Origin: Bacteriovoracia bacterium
Lineage (GTDB): Bacteria > Bdellovibrionota > UBA1018 > JBFWNL01
Assembly: GCA_050251055.1 (NCBI GenBank)
Contig: JBFWNL010000002.1
Coordinates: forward strand, 128,001-192,000
Direction of reading: 5' to 3'
Length of the DNA: 64,000 nt
Shown piece by piece: positions 40,000 through 49,860 of this stretch. The notes beneath the pieces are model-generated. The model had not been told where the DNA came from. It searched no databases and saw only the letters and a program-made list of their open reading frames with translations. Every line of letters begins with the position of its first letter. The stretch's first letter is position 1. Both the position numbers and the translations under genes were made by a program.

Positions 40000-41595
40000 T
40001 TAAGACCTGTACTCGTAGAAGCCTTCCGTAACGACTGGATCCTTCAAAAAGTTTTCGAGCGGCGGCGGCGAAGGCGACTGCCACTCCAGCGTCAATGAAT
40101 TCCAAGGATTGTCACCCGCCTTCGGGCCCGACATCAGCGCGCGCCACAAGTAGATCGCCGCGAGCACGAACCCCAAACCGATCATCCAGGAGCCTACCGT
40201 GGAAATCTGGTTCATGAGGGTGAAGCCCGCTTTGTAATCATAGTAACGGCGCGGCATGCCTTGCGAGCCCGCGATGAACTGCGGGAAGAACGTCACGTTG
40301 AAACCCAGGAAGATCAGGAACCAGGACACCTTCGCGGCGCCTTCACTGTACATCTTCCCGAACGCTTTCGGGAACCAGTAGTGGATCGCGGCCATGAACC
40401 CCATAATCGCGCCGCCCACCATCACGTAGTGGAAGTGCGCGACCACGAAGTAAGTGTCGGTGAAGTGCACGTCGATCGCCAGGGTCGCCAACATCACACC
40501 GGTGAGGCCGCCGATCGTGAACACGAATAGAAATGCGAACGCGTAAAGCATCGGAGCATTGAAATGGATCTTGCCCTTGTACATGGTGGCGACCCAGCTA
40601 AACACCTTCACGCCCGTCGGCACGGCGACGAACATGGTGAGGAGCGAGAAGATGAAGTTAGCGAGCTCCGATTGGCCAGAGACGTACATGTGGTGGCCCC
40701 ACACGATGAACGCCACGAGTGCGATACCGAAAGTGGCAAACGCGATGGCCTTGTAACCAAATACGGGCTTACGCGAGAAAACGGGGATCACTTCCGAGAT
40801 CACGCCCATCGCCGGCAGAATCATGATGTACACGGCCGGGTGGGAATAGAACCAGAAGAAATGCTGGAAGAGCACGGGATCGCCGCCTAAGGTCGGATCA
40901 AAGATACCGATGCCCATGGTCTTTTCAATGGCGAGAAGCGCGAGGGTCAAGGCCAAGACAGGGGTAGCGAGCAGCTGCACGACGCTGGTCGCGTAAAGCG
41001 CCCACAAGAACAGCGGCAACCGGCCCCAGGTGAGACCGGGCGCGCGCAACTTATGAATGGTCGCGATGAAGTTCAAACCGGTGAAGATGGACGAGAAGCC
41101 CATCACGAAAGCGGCCGTCAGCATCAATGCCGCGCTGGTTCCGGTACGCACCGAGTAAGGCGCGTAAAACGTCCACCCCGTGTCCACACCGCGGAAAAGC
41201 AGGGTCGATAGCGCGATGGCGGCGCCTCCCATGAAGACGTAGTAGGAAGCCAGATTCAGCCGCGGGAACGCGACGTCCTTCGCCCCAATCATCATGGGCA
41301 GCACGAAGTTACCGATCGCGGCCGGGATCATGGGAATGATGACCATGAAGACCATGATCGCCCCGTGGTACGTAAACACCTTGTTATAGGTGTCCGCGCC
41401 CATGATCGTCTGACCGGGCGTGAAGAGCTCCAAACGGATCAAGAGCGCGAATATCCCGCCCAAGAGAAAGAAGAAGAAGATGCTGAAGATATACATCAAC
41501 CCGATGCGCTTATGGTCCAGGGTGTGCGTCCAGGACTTCAGCCCGTGGGTGACGTTTAAGTAGTTTGTTCCGGGTGCCGAGGCGTGTGCTGACAT
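40000..41595 (-). CDS. ctaD: Cytochrome c oxidase subunit I (type A2)
   Basis: [22 protein letters not shown] (YS motif of A2 oxidases), WGHHM, VAHFHY. Confidence 0.97.
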   Translation of the reverse strand: MSAHASAPGTNYLNVTHGLKSWTHTLDHKRIGLMYIFSIFFFFLLGGIFALLIRLELFTPGQTIMGADTYNKVFTYHGAIMVFMVIIPMIPAAIGNFVLPMMIGAKDVAFPRLNLASYYVFMGGAAIALSTLLFRGVDTGWTFYAPYSVRTGTSAALMLTAAFVMGFSSIFTGLNFIATIHKLRAPGLTWGRLPLFLWALYATSVVQLLATPVLALTLALLAIEKTMGIGIFDPTLGGDPVLFQHFFWFYSHPAVYIMILPAMGVISEVIPVFSRKPVFGYKAIAFATFGIALVAFIVWGHHMYVSGQSELANFIFSLLTMFVAVPTGVKVFSWVATMYKGKIHFNAPMLYAFAFLFVFTIGGLTGVMLATLAIDVHFTDTYFVVAHFHYVMVGGAIMGFMAAIHYWFPKAFGKMYSEGAAKVSWFLIFLGFNVTFFPQFIAGSQGMPRRYYDYKAGFTLMNQISTVGSWMIGLGFVLAAIYLWRALMSGPKAGDNPWNSLTLEWQSPSPPPLENFLKDPVVTEGFYEYRS

Positions 41596-41602
41596 GCTTT
41601 CC

Positions 41603-42619
41603 TCACTTTAAGCTTTTGATGAATTCGACCAGCGCCTTGATGTCGTCTGGCTTCAAATTCCCCGCCAGCGGCGGCATGACCAGGCCCTCATAGCCCTTCG
41701 TGATCTTCAGTTGCGGCTTCTCGATGGACTCGATGATATAGGCGTCATCCACCTTCACCTTCGTCCCATCTGAGAGTTCTTCCGTCGAGCCGTACAGGCC
41801 TTTCCAGCTCGGGCCGACGCGCTTCGTGCCGTCGATCGAGTGGCAAGCCACGCAAGTAGCGGTTTGGTAGAGCTTGCTGCCTGCTTCCGCGAGCGGCGAG
41901 AGCTTCACTACGGGAGCGGAGCCACCGGAGGAAGCCAGCTGACCCGGTTCATTACCCGGTAGGCCTTCCATACGGCCACGCTCAAACTTCTTCCATTGTT
42001 CGTCGTTCAAAACATACAAATCGGCCAGCATCGCCGAGTGAGCCGTTCCACAATACTCGGCGCAGAACACCTGGTGCTTGCCTTCGGCCTTGGCCTGAAA
42101 CCACACCGAGGTGTACATGCCCGGCACGACGTCTTGCTTGATGCGGAAATCGGGTACGAAGAAGCTATGGATCACGTCTTCCAGCTTGCTAGACATGATC
42201 AGCTTCACCGGTCGGTTCGCCGGCACGTAAACTTTGTTTTCGGTCACGCGGCCATCGTCATACTGGAAAGTCCAACGCCACTGCTGACCGACCACGCGAA
42301 TTTCGTACGCGTTCGCCGGCGGTTGCACCATGTCCACGTAGAGGATCCAACCCCAGTAGAAGATGATGAGCACGAGCACGGTCGGAATGGCGGTCCACAA
42401 AATCTCGAGCGGGACGTGGCCGTGGATGTATTCGGTCTTATGGTTGTTGCTGGCGCGATACTTCCACGCGAACCACACCATCGCACCGATGACGAGCACG
42501 AAGAAAAACAGGCTGAGATAAAACAGGAAAAGATACAGGGTGTCCCAACGAGCCGCGATGTCGGTTGCCGCTATGGGGAGGGAGCCGCCCAGGGCTCCGT
42601 GAAGATTACCACCGTTCAT
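41603..42619 (-). CDS. ctaC: Cytochrome c oxidase subunit II with fused cytochrome c (caa3 type)
   Basis: DVIHSF, CAEYCGTAHSAM CuA site, CVACH heme motif. Confidence 0.95.
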   Translation of the reverse strand: MNGGNLHGALGGSLPIAATDIAARWDTLYLFLFYLSLFFFVLVIGAMVWFAWKYRASNNHKTEYIHGHVPLEILWTAIPTVLVLIIFYWGWILYVDMVQPPANAYEIRVVGQQWRWTFQYDDGRVTENKVYVPANRPVKLIMSSKLEDVIHSFFVPDFRIKQDVVPGMYTSVWFQAKAEGKHQVFCAEYCGTAHSAMLADLYVLNDEQWKKFERGRMEGLPGNEPGQLASSGGSAPVVKLSPLAEAGSKLYQTATCVACHSIDGTKRVGPSWKGLYGSTEELSDGTKVKVDDAYIIESIEKPQLKITKGYEGLVMPPLAGNLKPDDIKALVEFIKSLK

Positions 42620-42643
42620 GAAACTGATCCCCCTCTGAGATCT

Positions 42644-43540
42644 TTAGGCGCTTTGCACCGGCCGCCGACGTTCGGTCCTGACTAAAAACAGGATGTACCC
42701 ACCGATCGCGGCCATCGTGAAAAGCCCTGCCAACTGCATCAATCTAAAAGCGTAAACGGCATAGCCTTTGGCGTTCACGTCGTAACGGTAGCAAAGCATG
42801 AGGAGTCGTTCGACTACGTTCCCCACTTTTCCATCCGACGCCTCCAACAACGCTAACTTCAGATCCCGGACTGGGAACTCAATCCCGTACAAGGTACGGG
42901 AGATCTTTCCTTCCGGAGTCAGAATAAAAATGCCAGCGCTATGGGCATATTCGTCATGCTCTTTATCATAAGAATAACCGAAACCTACCTGCGATGCGAG
43001 GTTTTTAATCTGGTTTTCATCACCCGTTAAAAAGTGCCAACCCTTTTCCGCGCCGATGCGGGCATAGGTTTTCATGTAAGCGGCTTTCTTTTCCGCCGCG
43101 AGCGCAGAAGATTCACGCGGATTGATACTGACGGCGACCACCCGGTATTGCTGTCCCGCATCCCAGTTCAAACCCCGAAGCGCCGTGGCCACGCCGTTCA
43201 GTACGAATGTGCAAAGCGACGCGCACTTGTAATAAGCCATCACCAAAATGACCGGCTCTTTGCCTGTAAAGAATTGACTCAGCGCAACAGCCTGGCCTTG
43301 CTCATCCTTAAAAGTCATTCCAGCGAGATTCAATTGCTGACCAGTTCTGTCGGTAATCTTTGCTTGCTCGAGTTCTTCTTTAGAGATCGACTTGCCGTCA
43401 ACCGCCGGCTCCGGCTTCTTCTTATAGAAGCTGGAATCGGCGTGCCCCGAGGTGCCGGCGGCCATCAAAATCGCGACCACAAGAATGAATGGGAAAACGA
43501 AGGACGTGAGAGAGAAAGACATCGGACGTGCGCGTTGCAT
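42644..43540 (-). CDS. SCO-family copper chaperone
   Basis: YYKCASLC, WHFLTG, YAHSAG, C-terminal TM helix; GGAGG RBS. Confidence 0.9.
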   Translation of the reverse strand: MQRARPMSFSLTSFVFPFILVVAILMAAGTSGHADSSFYKKKPEPAVDGKSISKEELEQAKITDRTGQQLNLAGMTFKDEQGQAVALSQFFTGKEPVILVMAYYKCASLCTFVLNGVATALRGLNWDAGQQYRVVAVSINPRESSALAAEKKAAYMKTYARIGAEKGWHFLTGDENQIKNLASQVGFGYSYDKEHDEYAHSAGIFILTPEGKISRTLYGIEFPVRDLKLALLEASDGKVGNVVERLLMLCYRYDVNAKGYAVYAFRLMQLAGLFTMAAIGGYILFLVRTERRRPVQSA

Positions 43541-43618
43541 GAAGCCTCCCGCATGAACTGATTTTGCGAATGGATTCAGTCCTACCACACTCAAATCAAA
43601 AATGATAGGTGCGATTTC

Positions 43619-44614
43619 ATGCCGTTTATCGCTTGGTTGACCCTGGGTTTTACGTACCTCCTAATGGTTTGGGGAAACATCGTGAGTTCGACCGGATCCG
43701 GTCTGGCTTGCCCGGATTGGCCGCTCTGTCACGGCACCATCACCCCGCCGGCTCGCCCCGATATTATCTTGGAGTGGGGCCATCGCTTACTCGCCGCAAC
43801 TACGACCACGCTGATCCTAATTAGCCTCGTCTGGGCTTGGCGGCTCTCCCGTAAATCTTCGGGTGAAAATCCGCTGGGTAAGGCCACCTTGAAGCGTTCG
43901 CTCGGCTCGATCCTTGGATTGCTGGCGATCCAGATCCCGCTGGGCGGCCTCACCGTTTATCTTGGGCTATCGGTGATTGCGAGCACGGTCCACTTGGTGA
44001 TCGCGCACGTTGTCTTAGGGCTCATCATATTACTGGCCTGCGCCCTCACTTGGAAAGAGGGCTTAGCCCTACCCCGGACGCAACCTTCACTTACCAAGTT
44101 ATCCAAGTACGCCACGATGGCGGTGTTCGGCATCCTGATCCAAATCGCCCTCGGCGGCCTAGTTCGTCATAGCGGCTTCGGCCTGGCATGCCCGCTCTTT
44201 CCGAATTGCCAGCCTGACTCGTTTTTTCCGACTCCGTTTATCGCCTCTACTGCGCTCGCCTTCTTACACCGCTGGTGGGGGGTGTTGCTCGCCGTCTTGT
44301 TCCTGCTCATGGCACGTGAAGGGCAACGCACGATGCGAGGTCCGCTCGAAAATATCGGCAATCTACCGCGCTTGGCGAACGCCACTACCGTGTTGGTGCT
44401 TCTGCAGATTGGGCTGGGCGTAGCAACGGTGTTCAGCGCGCTCCATACCCACATGCGCGCGCTGCATGCGGCGATCGGTTACGGACTCTTTGGTCTCACT
44501 TTCTATATCGCGCTTCGTAGCGGCAGCTTCACCTGGCTTTGGCGTAAGCGATCCGGCGTCGACCCGGCACGTTCGACCCGCCTTCCGACCGATGGCGTGT
44601 GGAAAGCGGTGTAG
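43619..44614 (+). CDS. ctaA: Heme A synthase (COX15/CtaA)
   Basis: GLACPDWPLC, EWGHR, second GLACPLFPNC and LHR; about 8 TM helices. Confidence 0.9.
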   Translation: MPFIAWLTLGFTYLLMVWGNIVSSTGSGLACPDWPLCHGTITPPARPDIILEWGHRLLAATTTTLILISLVWAWRLSRKSSGENPLGKATLKRSLGSILGLLAIQIPLGGLTVYLGLSVIASTVHLVIAHVVLGLIILLACALTWKEGLALPRTQPSLTKLSKYATMAVFGILIQIALGGLVRHSGFGLACPLFPNCQPDSFFPTPFIASTALAFLHRWWGVLLAVLFLLMAREGQRTMRGPLENIGNLPRLANATTVLVLLQIGLGVATVFSALHTHMRALHAAIGYGLFGLTFYIALRSGSFTWLWRKRSGVDPARSTRLPTDGVWKAV

Positions 44615-45573
44615 CGTTGAGCGCCGCACCCTCCGAGTCGTCGGCCGTCCCGGGCGGCGCCGGCGCCTGGCACGCCGTTCGCGAGCAGTACAAACTTTAT
44701 CGAGAATTCGCTAAGTCCGGCGTCGTGGCCTTAGTGCTGATCAGCGTGCTCGGGGGTTACCTCGCGGGCCACCCCCTCGAAAAGACATTTGAATGGTCTC
44801 ATTTTCTTTGGACGCTGATTGGAATTTTCAGCTTGGCTTCGGGCTCCAGCGCCCTGAACCAACTCCAGGAAGTCGCGCACGATGCGCAGATGCCACGCAC
44901 CCAAAGCCGGCCTTTGCCGACCGGTCGCATTTCCCGGCGTCATGCCGTCGCCTTCTGCTTCGTCACTTTAGCCACGGGATTTTTGATCTTGGGCTGGCTT
45001 GATTCCCAAGTCATGTGGCTCGGTGCCGTCACCGTGTTTTTCTATAACTTCCTCTACACCCTTTGGTGGAAAAAGCATTGGGCGTTCGCCGCGATTCCCG
45101 GCGCGATTCCTGGCGCGCTTCCGATCCTGATGGGTTACGCAGCCGCTTCGGGCGAAGTCTTTACGCGCGGAGGATTGTACCTGTTCTTCATTTTGTTTTT
45201 CTGGCAGATGCCCCACTTCTGGGCCCTGGCCCTGCGGTATCAAAAAGACTACGCGTTGGGCGGCTTCCCCACGCTTCCGGTGGTGCTGGGCGCGGAAAAA
45301 ACCGTAGCCCAAATTACGATGTGGTCACTGGCATATGTGGCGCTCGCGATGATCGCCCCCTACTTCTTGATGGTAGGCGAGATCTACATGCTCGCCGCCA
45401 TCGGGGTCAGCGCGAAAATCCTCTGGGAGCTTCGCCGCTACGCCAAAGCCCCCGAAGGCAAGAACTGGCTACGCTTCTTCCTGTGGATCAACTTCAGTCT
45501 GATCATTCTGATCGCGGCGGCGGTCATCGACCTCTGGTGGATCTACCTCGCCGCGCCACTCATCATCGGTTAA
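44599..45573 (+). CDS. ctaB: Protoheme IX farnesyltransferase (heme O synthase)
   Basis: N...E...D..M.RT..RPLP.G, YT..K, PGALP, FWQMPHF, DY..GG.P.LP; start may be 44617. Confidence 0.93.
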   Translation: MESGVALSAAPSESSAVPGGAGAWHAVREQYKLYREFAKSGVVALVLISVLGGYLAGHPLEKTFEWSHFLWTLIGIFSLASGSSALNQLQEVAHDAQMPRTQSRPLPTGRISRRHAVAFCFVTLATGFLILGWLDSQVMWLGAVTVFFYNFLYTLWWKKHWAFAAIPGAIPGALPILMGYAAASGEVFTRGGLYLFFILFFWQMPHFWALALRYQKDYALGGFPTLPVVLGAEKTVAQITMWSLAYVALAMIAPYFLMVGEIYMLAAIGVSAKILWELRRYAKAPEGKNWLRFFLWINFSLIILIAAAVIDLWWIYLAAPLIIG

Positions 45574-45791
45574 GTAAAAATCCCATCCTGCTTTTCTAGC
45601 TCAGCACAAACAATGTTGCGGGGCTTTCCGTGGTTGCGGGTCCACATCCTCAGGGGGACGCGCTTCCATGCGCTCAACCGCTCAGCGCCATCCTGGCCCG
45701 CGGATGCCCCCTGAGGATGTGGACCCGCAACCACGGAAAGACCTGGAACAAATTGACTCGAGCTAGAAAAGCAGGGTGGGATTTTTACTTA
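45571..45791. repeat. MITE/REPIN-like element with nested inverted repeats
   Basis: Outer IR 45571-45602/45760-45791 (32 bp, 1 mismatch); inner perfect 34-bp IR 45624-45657/45707-45740. Confidence 0.85.
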
Positions 45792-46636
45792 GTCGCGGTG
45801 AAGATGCCGTAGCGCATGCTGCGCGTTTCGTACGCGAGCCAGAGGCGGAAAACCGTCTTCGCGAACGCGCGGTCGGCGCTAGGGCTGGTGCGCAGGAACC
45901 TGCGCAAATCCGGTCGGGTGACCAACCCTTTGGTCAATCGCCACGCGCAGATGGGCCAGGTTTTTTTAACTTGCGACGATAACTCCTCGAATCGAACGTT
46001 CTTGAAGCGCGCGCGGGCGAAGAATTCGCGATACTCGGCCTCGCTGCCCATGCTAGGCAAACGGCCTTCGCGGCAAATGGGCTCAAGCAGGTGGCGCACT
46101 TCCCAGCGCGCGGGACGCTCCGTGGCCAACCACGCGCAAACCGCCATGCGGCCTCCGGGCTTTAAGGTACGATAAGCTTCCGAAAAAAACCGCGGCTTAT
46201 CCTCCATGTGCTCCGAGCTCTCAATACTCAAGACAATATCGAAATTTTCGTCGGGAAAGGAGTTCTGAAGCCAATCCTGCAGCAAGTATCGAGGACTATC
46301 CCCCAGGCCGGCATCCCGGCCTCGGGCACGCGCGTAGTCGAGCTGCGCGCTCGACAAGCTCAAGCCAATCACTTCCGCGCCATGACGCTGGGTTAGGAAA
46401 CGCGAAGTTCCTCCGTATCCACAGCCCACGTCGCAGACCCGATCGCCCGCGCGCACGTCCACCGCGCTCGCGACCTTCTCCAGCATCTGAACCACGGCCT
46501 CTTCTACGGTTTCCTCGCCATTCAGCCATAGGCCGTGGTGAAGATGCTCGCCCCAGAGCTCACGGTAATAGCGGTCTAAATCGTCGTAATGGCCAGATAT
46601 ATCGACGCCCTTTTGAATTTCGCGTGGGAAAATCAT
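45785..46636 (-). CDS. Class I SAM-dependent methyltransferase (tocopherol/sterol MT-like)
   Basis: HYD...Y..LWGEHLHHG.W, DVGCGYGG, SIESSEHM.DK..F, LKPGG. Confidence 0.88.
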   Translation of the reverse strand: MIFPREIQKGVDISGHYDDLDRYYRELWGEHLHHGLWLNGEETVEEAVVQMLEKVASAVDVRAGDRVCDVGCGYGGTSRFLTQRHGAEVIGLSLSSAQLDYARARGRDAGLGDSPRYLLQDWLQNSFPDENFDIVLSIESSEHMEDKPRFFSEAYRTLKPGGRMAVCAWLATERPARWEVRHLLEPICREGRLPSMGSEAEYREFFARARFKNVRFEELSSQVKKTWPICAWRLTKGLVTRPDLRRFLRTSPSADRAFAKTVFRLWLAYETRSMRYGIFTATK

Positions 46637-46674
46637 GCGTCTCAGTGAATCACAAAAACCCGGCCACTACCAGC

Positions 46675-47670
46675 TTAGGCGGCTTTTTTTACGATTTGCG
46701 CGGCGGTGACGCGGTTGCGCCCCCCGTGTTTGGATTGATAAAGCGCCTGGTCGGCGCGCTCAATAATCTCGGGCAAAGTATTTGCGTCGGACGGGAAGCT
46801 TGCCACCCCGACGCTGATGCTGACCGTGCCAAGCGGCTGGGTTTCGCGGTTAGGGAACGGGTAGTTCTGCACACCCGCGCGCAAGCGTTCGGCTAGGATC
46901 AAGGCGCCCTCCCAGTTCACGCCAGGCGCCAAAACCACAAACTCCTCGCCGCCGTAACGGGCCGGTAAATCCGTATTGCGACAAAGTTGCTGGAGCACGC
47001 GGGCTACCCCGCGCAGGACTTCGTCGCCGGCCGGATGTCCGTGGGCGTCGTTGTACTTCTTGAAGTGGTCGACGTCGCAGAAAATAATCGAGTAGGTCGT
47101 GCCGTAACGTTCGGAGCGCTCGTGTTCTTTCTTGGCTTCTTCGTTAAAATGCCGGAAATTCGCGAGCCCCGTCATCTCGTCCCGCACCGATAGCGCCTCG
47201 AGTTTCGCGTTTAGATGCTGCAGCTCCTTCAAATAGCGCTCGGCCTTCTCCTCCGCCTCGCGGATCGCGGTGACATCCTTGGCGATCACTTGAATAGCGT
47301 CGCTGCCGTCGAGCAGCTTCAGAAAGCACGCCGAAACATGCATCTTCAGGGCACGACCGTCGCGGGTGTTCCAATTGGAATCGAACTGCCTGGGATAGTA
47401 TCGGCGTCGCGCGATGCGCAGGTGCTTGGCGAACTGATCACGCTCCCGACGGTTCACGAAATTTAGGAGCGAATGTCCGCGCGCCTGGCTCGGGGCTACG
47501 GAAAGCGCCCGTTCGCTAGCCGAATTCGCGTCGAGAATGATGAAGTTATCCGGATCGATGAGGAAAGCCGAGTCCCACATCTTCTCGAAGATGTCCGAAT
47601 AGCGCGCCATCTGCGATAGCTTGCGGATCTTGTTCAGCGATGATTCGTCGTCTTCTAGTTGCTCCGACAT
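46675..47670 (-). CDS. PAS-GGDEF diguanylate cyclase
   Basis: PAS domain, DEMTGLAN, DVDHFKKYND.HGH..GD, RNTD I-site, RYGGEEF; GAGG RBS before 47670. Confidence 0.92.
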   Translation of the reverse strand: MSEQLEDDESSLNKIRKLSQMARYSDIFEKMWDSAFLIDPDNFIILDANSASERALSVAPSQARGHSLLNFVNRRERDQFAKHLRIARRRYYPRQFDSNWNTRDGRALKMHVSACFLKLLDGSDAIQVIAKDVTAIREAEEKAERYLKELQHLNAKLEALSVRDEMTGLANFRHFNEEAKKEHERSERYGTTYSIIFCDVDHFKKYNDAHGHPAGDEVLRGVARVLQQLCRNTDLPARYGGEEFVVLAPGVNWEGALILAERLRAGVQNYPFPNRETQPLGTVSISVGVASFPSDANTLPEIIERADQALYQSKHGGRNRVTAAQIVKKAA

Positions 47671-47679
47671 CCTCTCTAT

Positions 47680-47707
47680 AGATCGACGAAAGCCCCTGAA
47701 ATCTGGA
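47680..47707 (-). promoter_or_regulatory. Candidate sigma28-type promoter for the diguanylate cyclase
   Basis: TCCAG-N15-GTCGATCT just upstream of the RBS. Confidence 0.35.
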
Positions 47708-47775
47708 GGAATCCACGAGAAATCACGCGGTGTCAAAAGTCTGATACGGTGGAAGGAATATGCTAAAACCCCGGT

Positions 47776-48678
47776 ATGCCCCCCCGTTCGGCCACGCCCA
47801 CTTTCGATGAGTATTACTCCGCGCAGTACGGAGAGCGCTGGCCGGCGTTGAGGACTGCCCTCGCAGCCCATCGCCCCGGGGTTCTACGTCCCAATGGCTT
47901 CGCGGACCCCTCGTTCGTGGCGGAAGCCCTGGGCTCCCGAACGATGGCGGCGGCGTCAACGAATTGCCGGCTTGCCGATCCCGAGGAGGAACGGTTGGAG
48001 GCACCCTGCGACTCCAGGGGCCTGCGCGCCTGGTATCAGATGGATTTGGCGTCGGTACTCGCCGCCGAAACCCTCGATATTGAGCCGTTTCATCGAGTGC
48101 TCGATCTCTGCGCGGCACCCGGGGGAAAGGCCTTGATCCTAGCGGAAAAACTACGCACGCACGGGGGCCTCACTTTGAACGAACTCTCCTCGGCCCGTCG
48201 CGGGCGGCTCAAACAGGTTCTCACCGACTACCTTCCCGCCCCAAGACGCGAAGAAATTCGAGTAACTGGTTTCGACGCCGCCCAGTGGTGCCGCCACGAA
48301 AGTGAGGCGTATGATCGCGTACTGCTCGATGCTCCCTGCTCTTCTGAGGCTCACGTCGTGAGGCAACCCAGACACCTCCAGGCCTGGACGCCGAATCGTA
48401 GTCCCCAACTCGCCCAACGCCAGTATGCCCTACTCTCGTCGGCGCTGCGCCTACTCAAGCCGGGTGGCCAGCTGCTATACAGTACGTGTGCGATATCGAA
48501 ACTCGAAAACGATCGAGTTGTAGAGAGAGCCTTGGCGAACGCCACAAAGAAAAACTTTGCGTCTCGGGTCCTGCCTTTTCATTGGCCGCTGGGTGCTCCG
48601 ACTGAATTCGGGCAGATCGTACTCCCTGACCAAGACCAGTGGGGACCGCTGTACGCATGCCGCTTGGAAAGAATCTAA
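47776..48678 (+). CDS. RsmB/RsmF (NOL1/NOP2/Sun) RNA m5C methyltransferase
   Basis: LDLCAAPGGKA, LDAPCS, LYSTC..ENDRVV. Confidence 0.9.
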   Translation: MPPRSATPTFDEYYSAQYGERWPALRTALAAHRPGVLRPNGFADPSFVAEALGSRTMAAASTNCRLADPEEERLEAPCDSRGLRAWYQMDLASVLAAETLDIEPFHRVLDLCAAPGGKALILAEKLRTHGGLTLNELSSARRGRLKQVLTDYLPAPRREEIRVTGFDAAQWCRHESEAYDRVLLDAPCSSEAHVVRQPRHLQAWTPNRSPQLAQRQYALLSSALRLLKPGGQLLYSTCAISKLENDRVVERALANATKKNFASRVLPFHWPLGAPTEFGQIVLPDQDQWGPLYACRLERI

Positions 48679-49241
48679 TCTTCGGGCGGAGCCGCCACGT
48701 CGTGTACTTCGAACTCAGGCACGATTGCCCCCCGGCACGCAGGCTCAAGCTGCTCGAGCCCAATAAGCTCACGAGCAACCACCAAACCGGGCCAATCCCG
48801 GGCCGAGTAGCTCCACGTCCCCCCAATGAATTGAGTGGCGGCAACGTAACCCACTTTTTCGTAACTCGTCCGTACCGGCGGACGCGGTAACGCGCGCACC
48901 GCCGCTAGGCAATTCTCGAGCTTATCCGGGACGACGCTGAGGGCCCCTGAAATTAACTGTTCCCGGATCGCTTCTGAAGTACTGGCCGGCGCGGGAAGCC
49001 CGAAAGCCCCACCCATTCCCTCCAAGTGCTCAACCGCCGGAACACATTCTTCCGGTCGCGCTACACCACCGGTCGCCGAGCGGTAGACTTCGCATATCTC
49101 TCTTATGGTGTGATCGATTGCGGTCTGTATTCCATTGCCCACCGCCGTCGCGCTCGAAGGGCCGCTAGAACTTTGAACGGCGCAAGCTGACACCGATGCC
49201 AGGAGTAAGCTACCCCAGGTCCGAACTAAACCGAATTTCAC
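48675..49241 (-). CDS. Cys-containing lipoprotein (paralog of the adjacent gene)
   Basis: Lipobox VSAC, SGPSSATAVGNG motif shared with 49273-49860. Confidence 0.78.
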   Translation of the reverse strand: MKFGLVRTWGSLLLASVSACAVQSSSGPSSATAVGNGIQTAIDHTIREICEVYRSATGGVARPEECVPAVEHLEGMGGAFGLPAPASTSEAIREQLISGALSVVPDKLENCLAAVRALPRPPVRTSYEKVGYVAATQFIGGTWSYSARDWPGLVVARELIGLEQLEPACRGAIVPEFEVHDVAAPPED

Positions 49242-49272
49242 GAATCCCCCAAACTGTCGCCCGAACTGAAAC

Positions 49273-49860
49273 CTAATCTGCTACCGGAATAGCGCTCTCG
49301 CTCGCCGATGGCGTCGCGACGAACACGCCGCTGCATGCCGCCCGCACGGTATCGCCATCTACCGGAACTACATTTGTACGAGAATCGATGGGTGGTCTCG
49401 CGACCATACTCACCCCGGCCGAACCAATCACCATAGGAACGGCCTGATAACCTGAAGTCTGGTAACTTTCCGCGACCGGACGGCACCGTAGGCTCTCGAC
49501 CGCGGTCAAGCACCCATCAAAGCGTGGTTCGGCGACCCGTAAGTCCCCTAACTCGAGCAGCCGACTGATGTCGGACGCAGTTTGAACCGTCTCGGGAAGC
49601 CCGAATCCGACAGGTCCCATGCCCGGAACGTGGGGAACCGTGTCCAAACATTCCGAAACAATCGCTAAGCCGCCGGTGCAAGCCTGGTAAACTTCGCAAG
49701 TGGCGGAGATGATGCGTTGGATCGCGTTCCGTTCTCCGTTCCCTACCGCGGTCGCACTAGAAGGACCGGAAGCCTGCTGGCTCGAACAGCCGCCCCCGAC
49801 AGCCAGCATCGAGAGGGCCGCGAAAGCTCCGAGATAACGGCGCGCGCGTACGTTCATCAT
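49273..49860 (-). CDS. Cys-rich lipoprotein associated with the TIGR02147 gene
   Basis: ATGA overlap with the regulator, AAGGAG RBS, lipobox GGGC, SGPSSATAVGNG, six Cys. Confidence 0.78.
   Translation of the reverse strand: MMNVRARRYLGAFAALSMLAVGGGCSSQQASGPSSATAVGNGERNAIQRIISATCEVYQACTGGLAIVSECLDTVPHVPGMGPVGFGLPETVQTASDISRLLELGDLRVAEPRFDGCLTAVESLRCRPVAESYQTSGYQAVPMVIGSAGVSMVARPPIDSRTNVVPVDGDTVRAACSGVFVATPSASESAIPVAD

Noticed and set aside
45571-45791. Possible CRISPR array or tRNA
   Set aside because: The repeats are inverted rather than direct with spacers, there are no cas genes, and no cloverleaf is present
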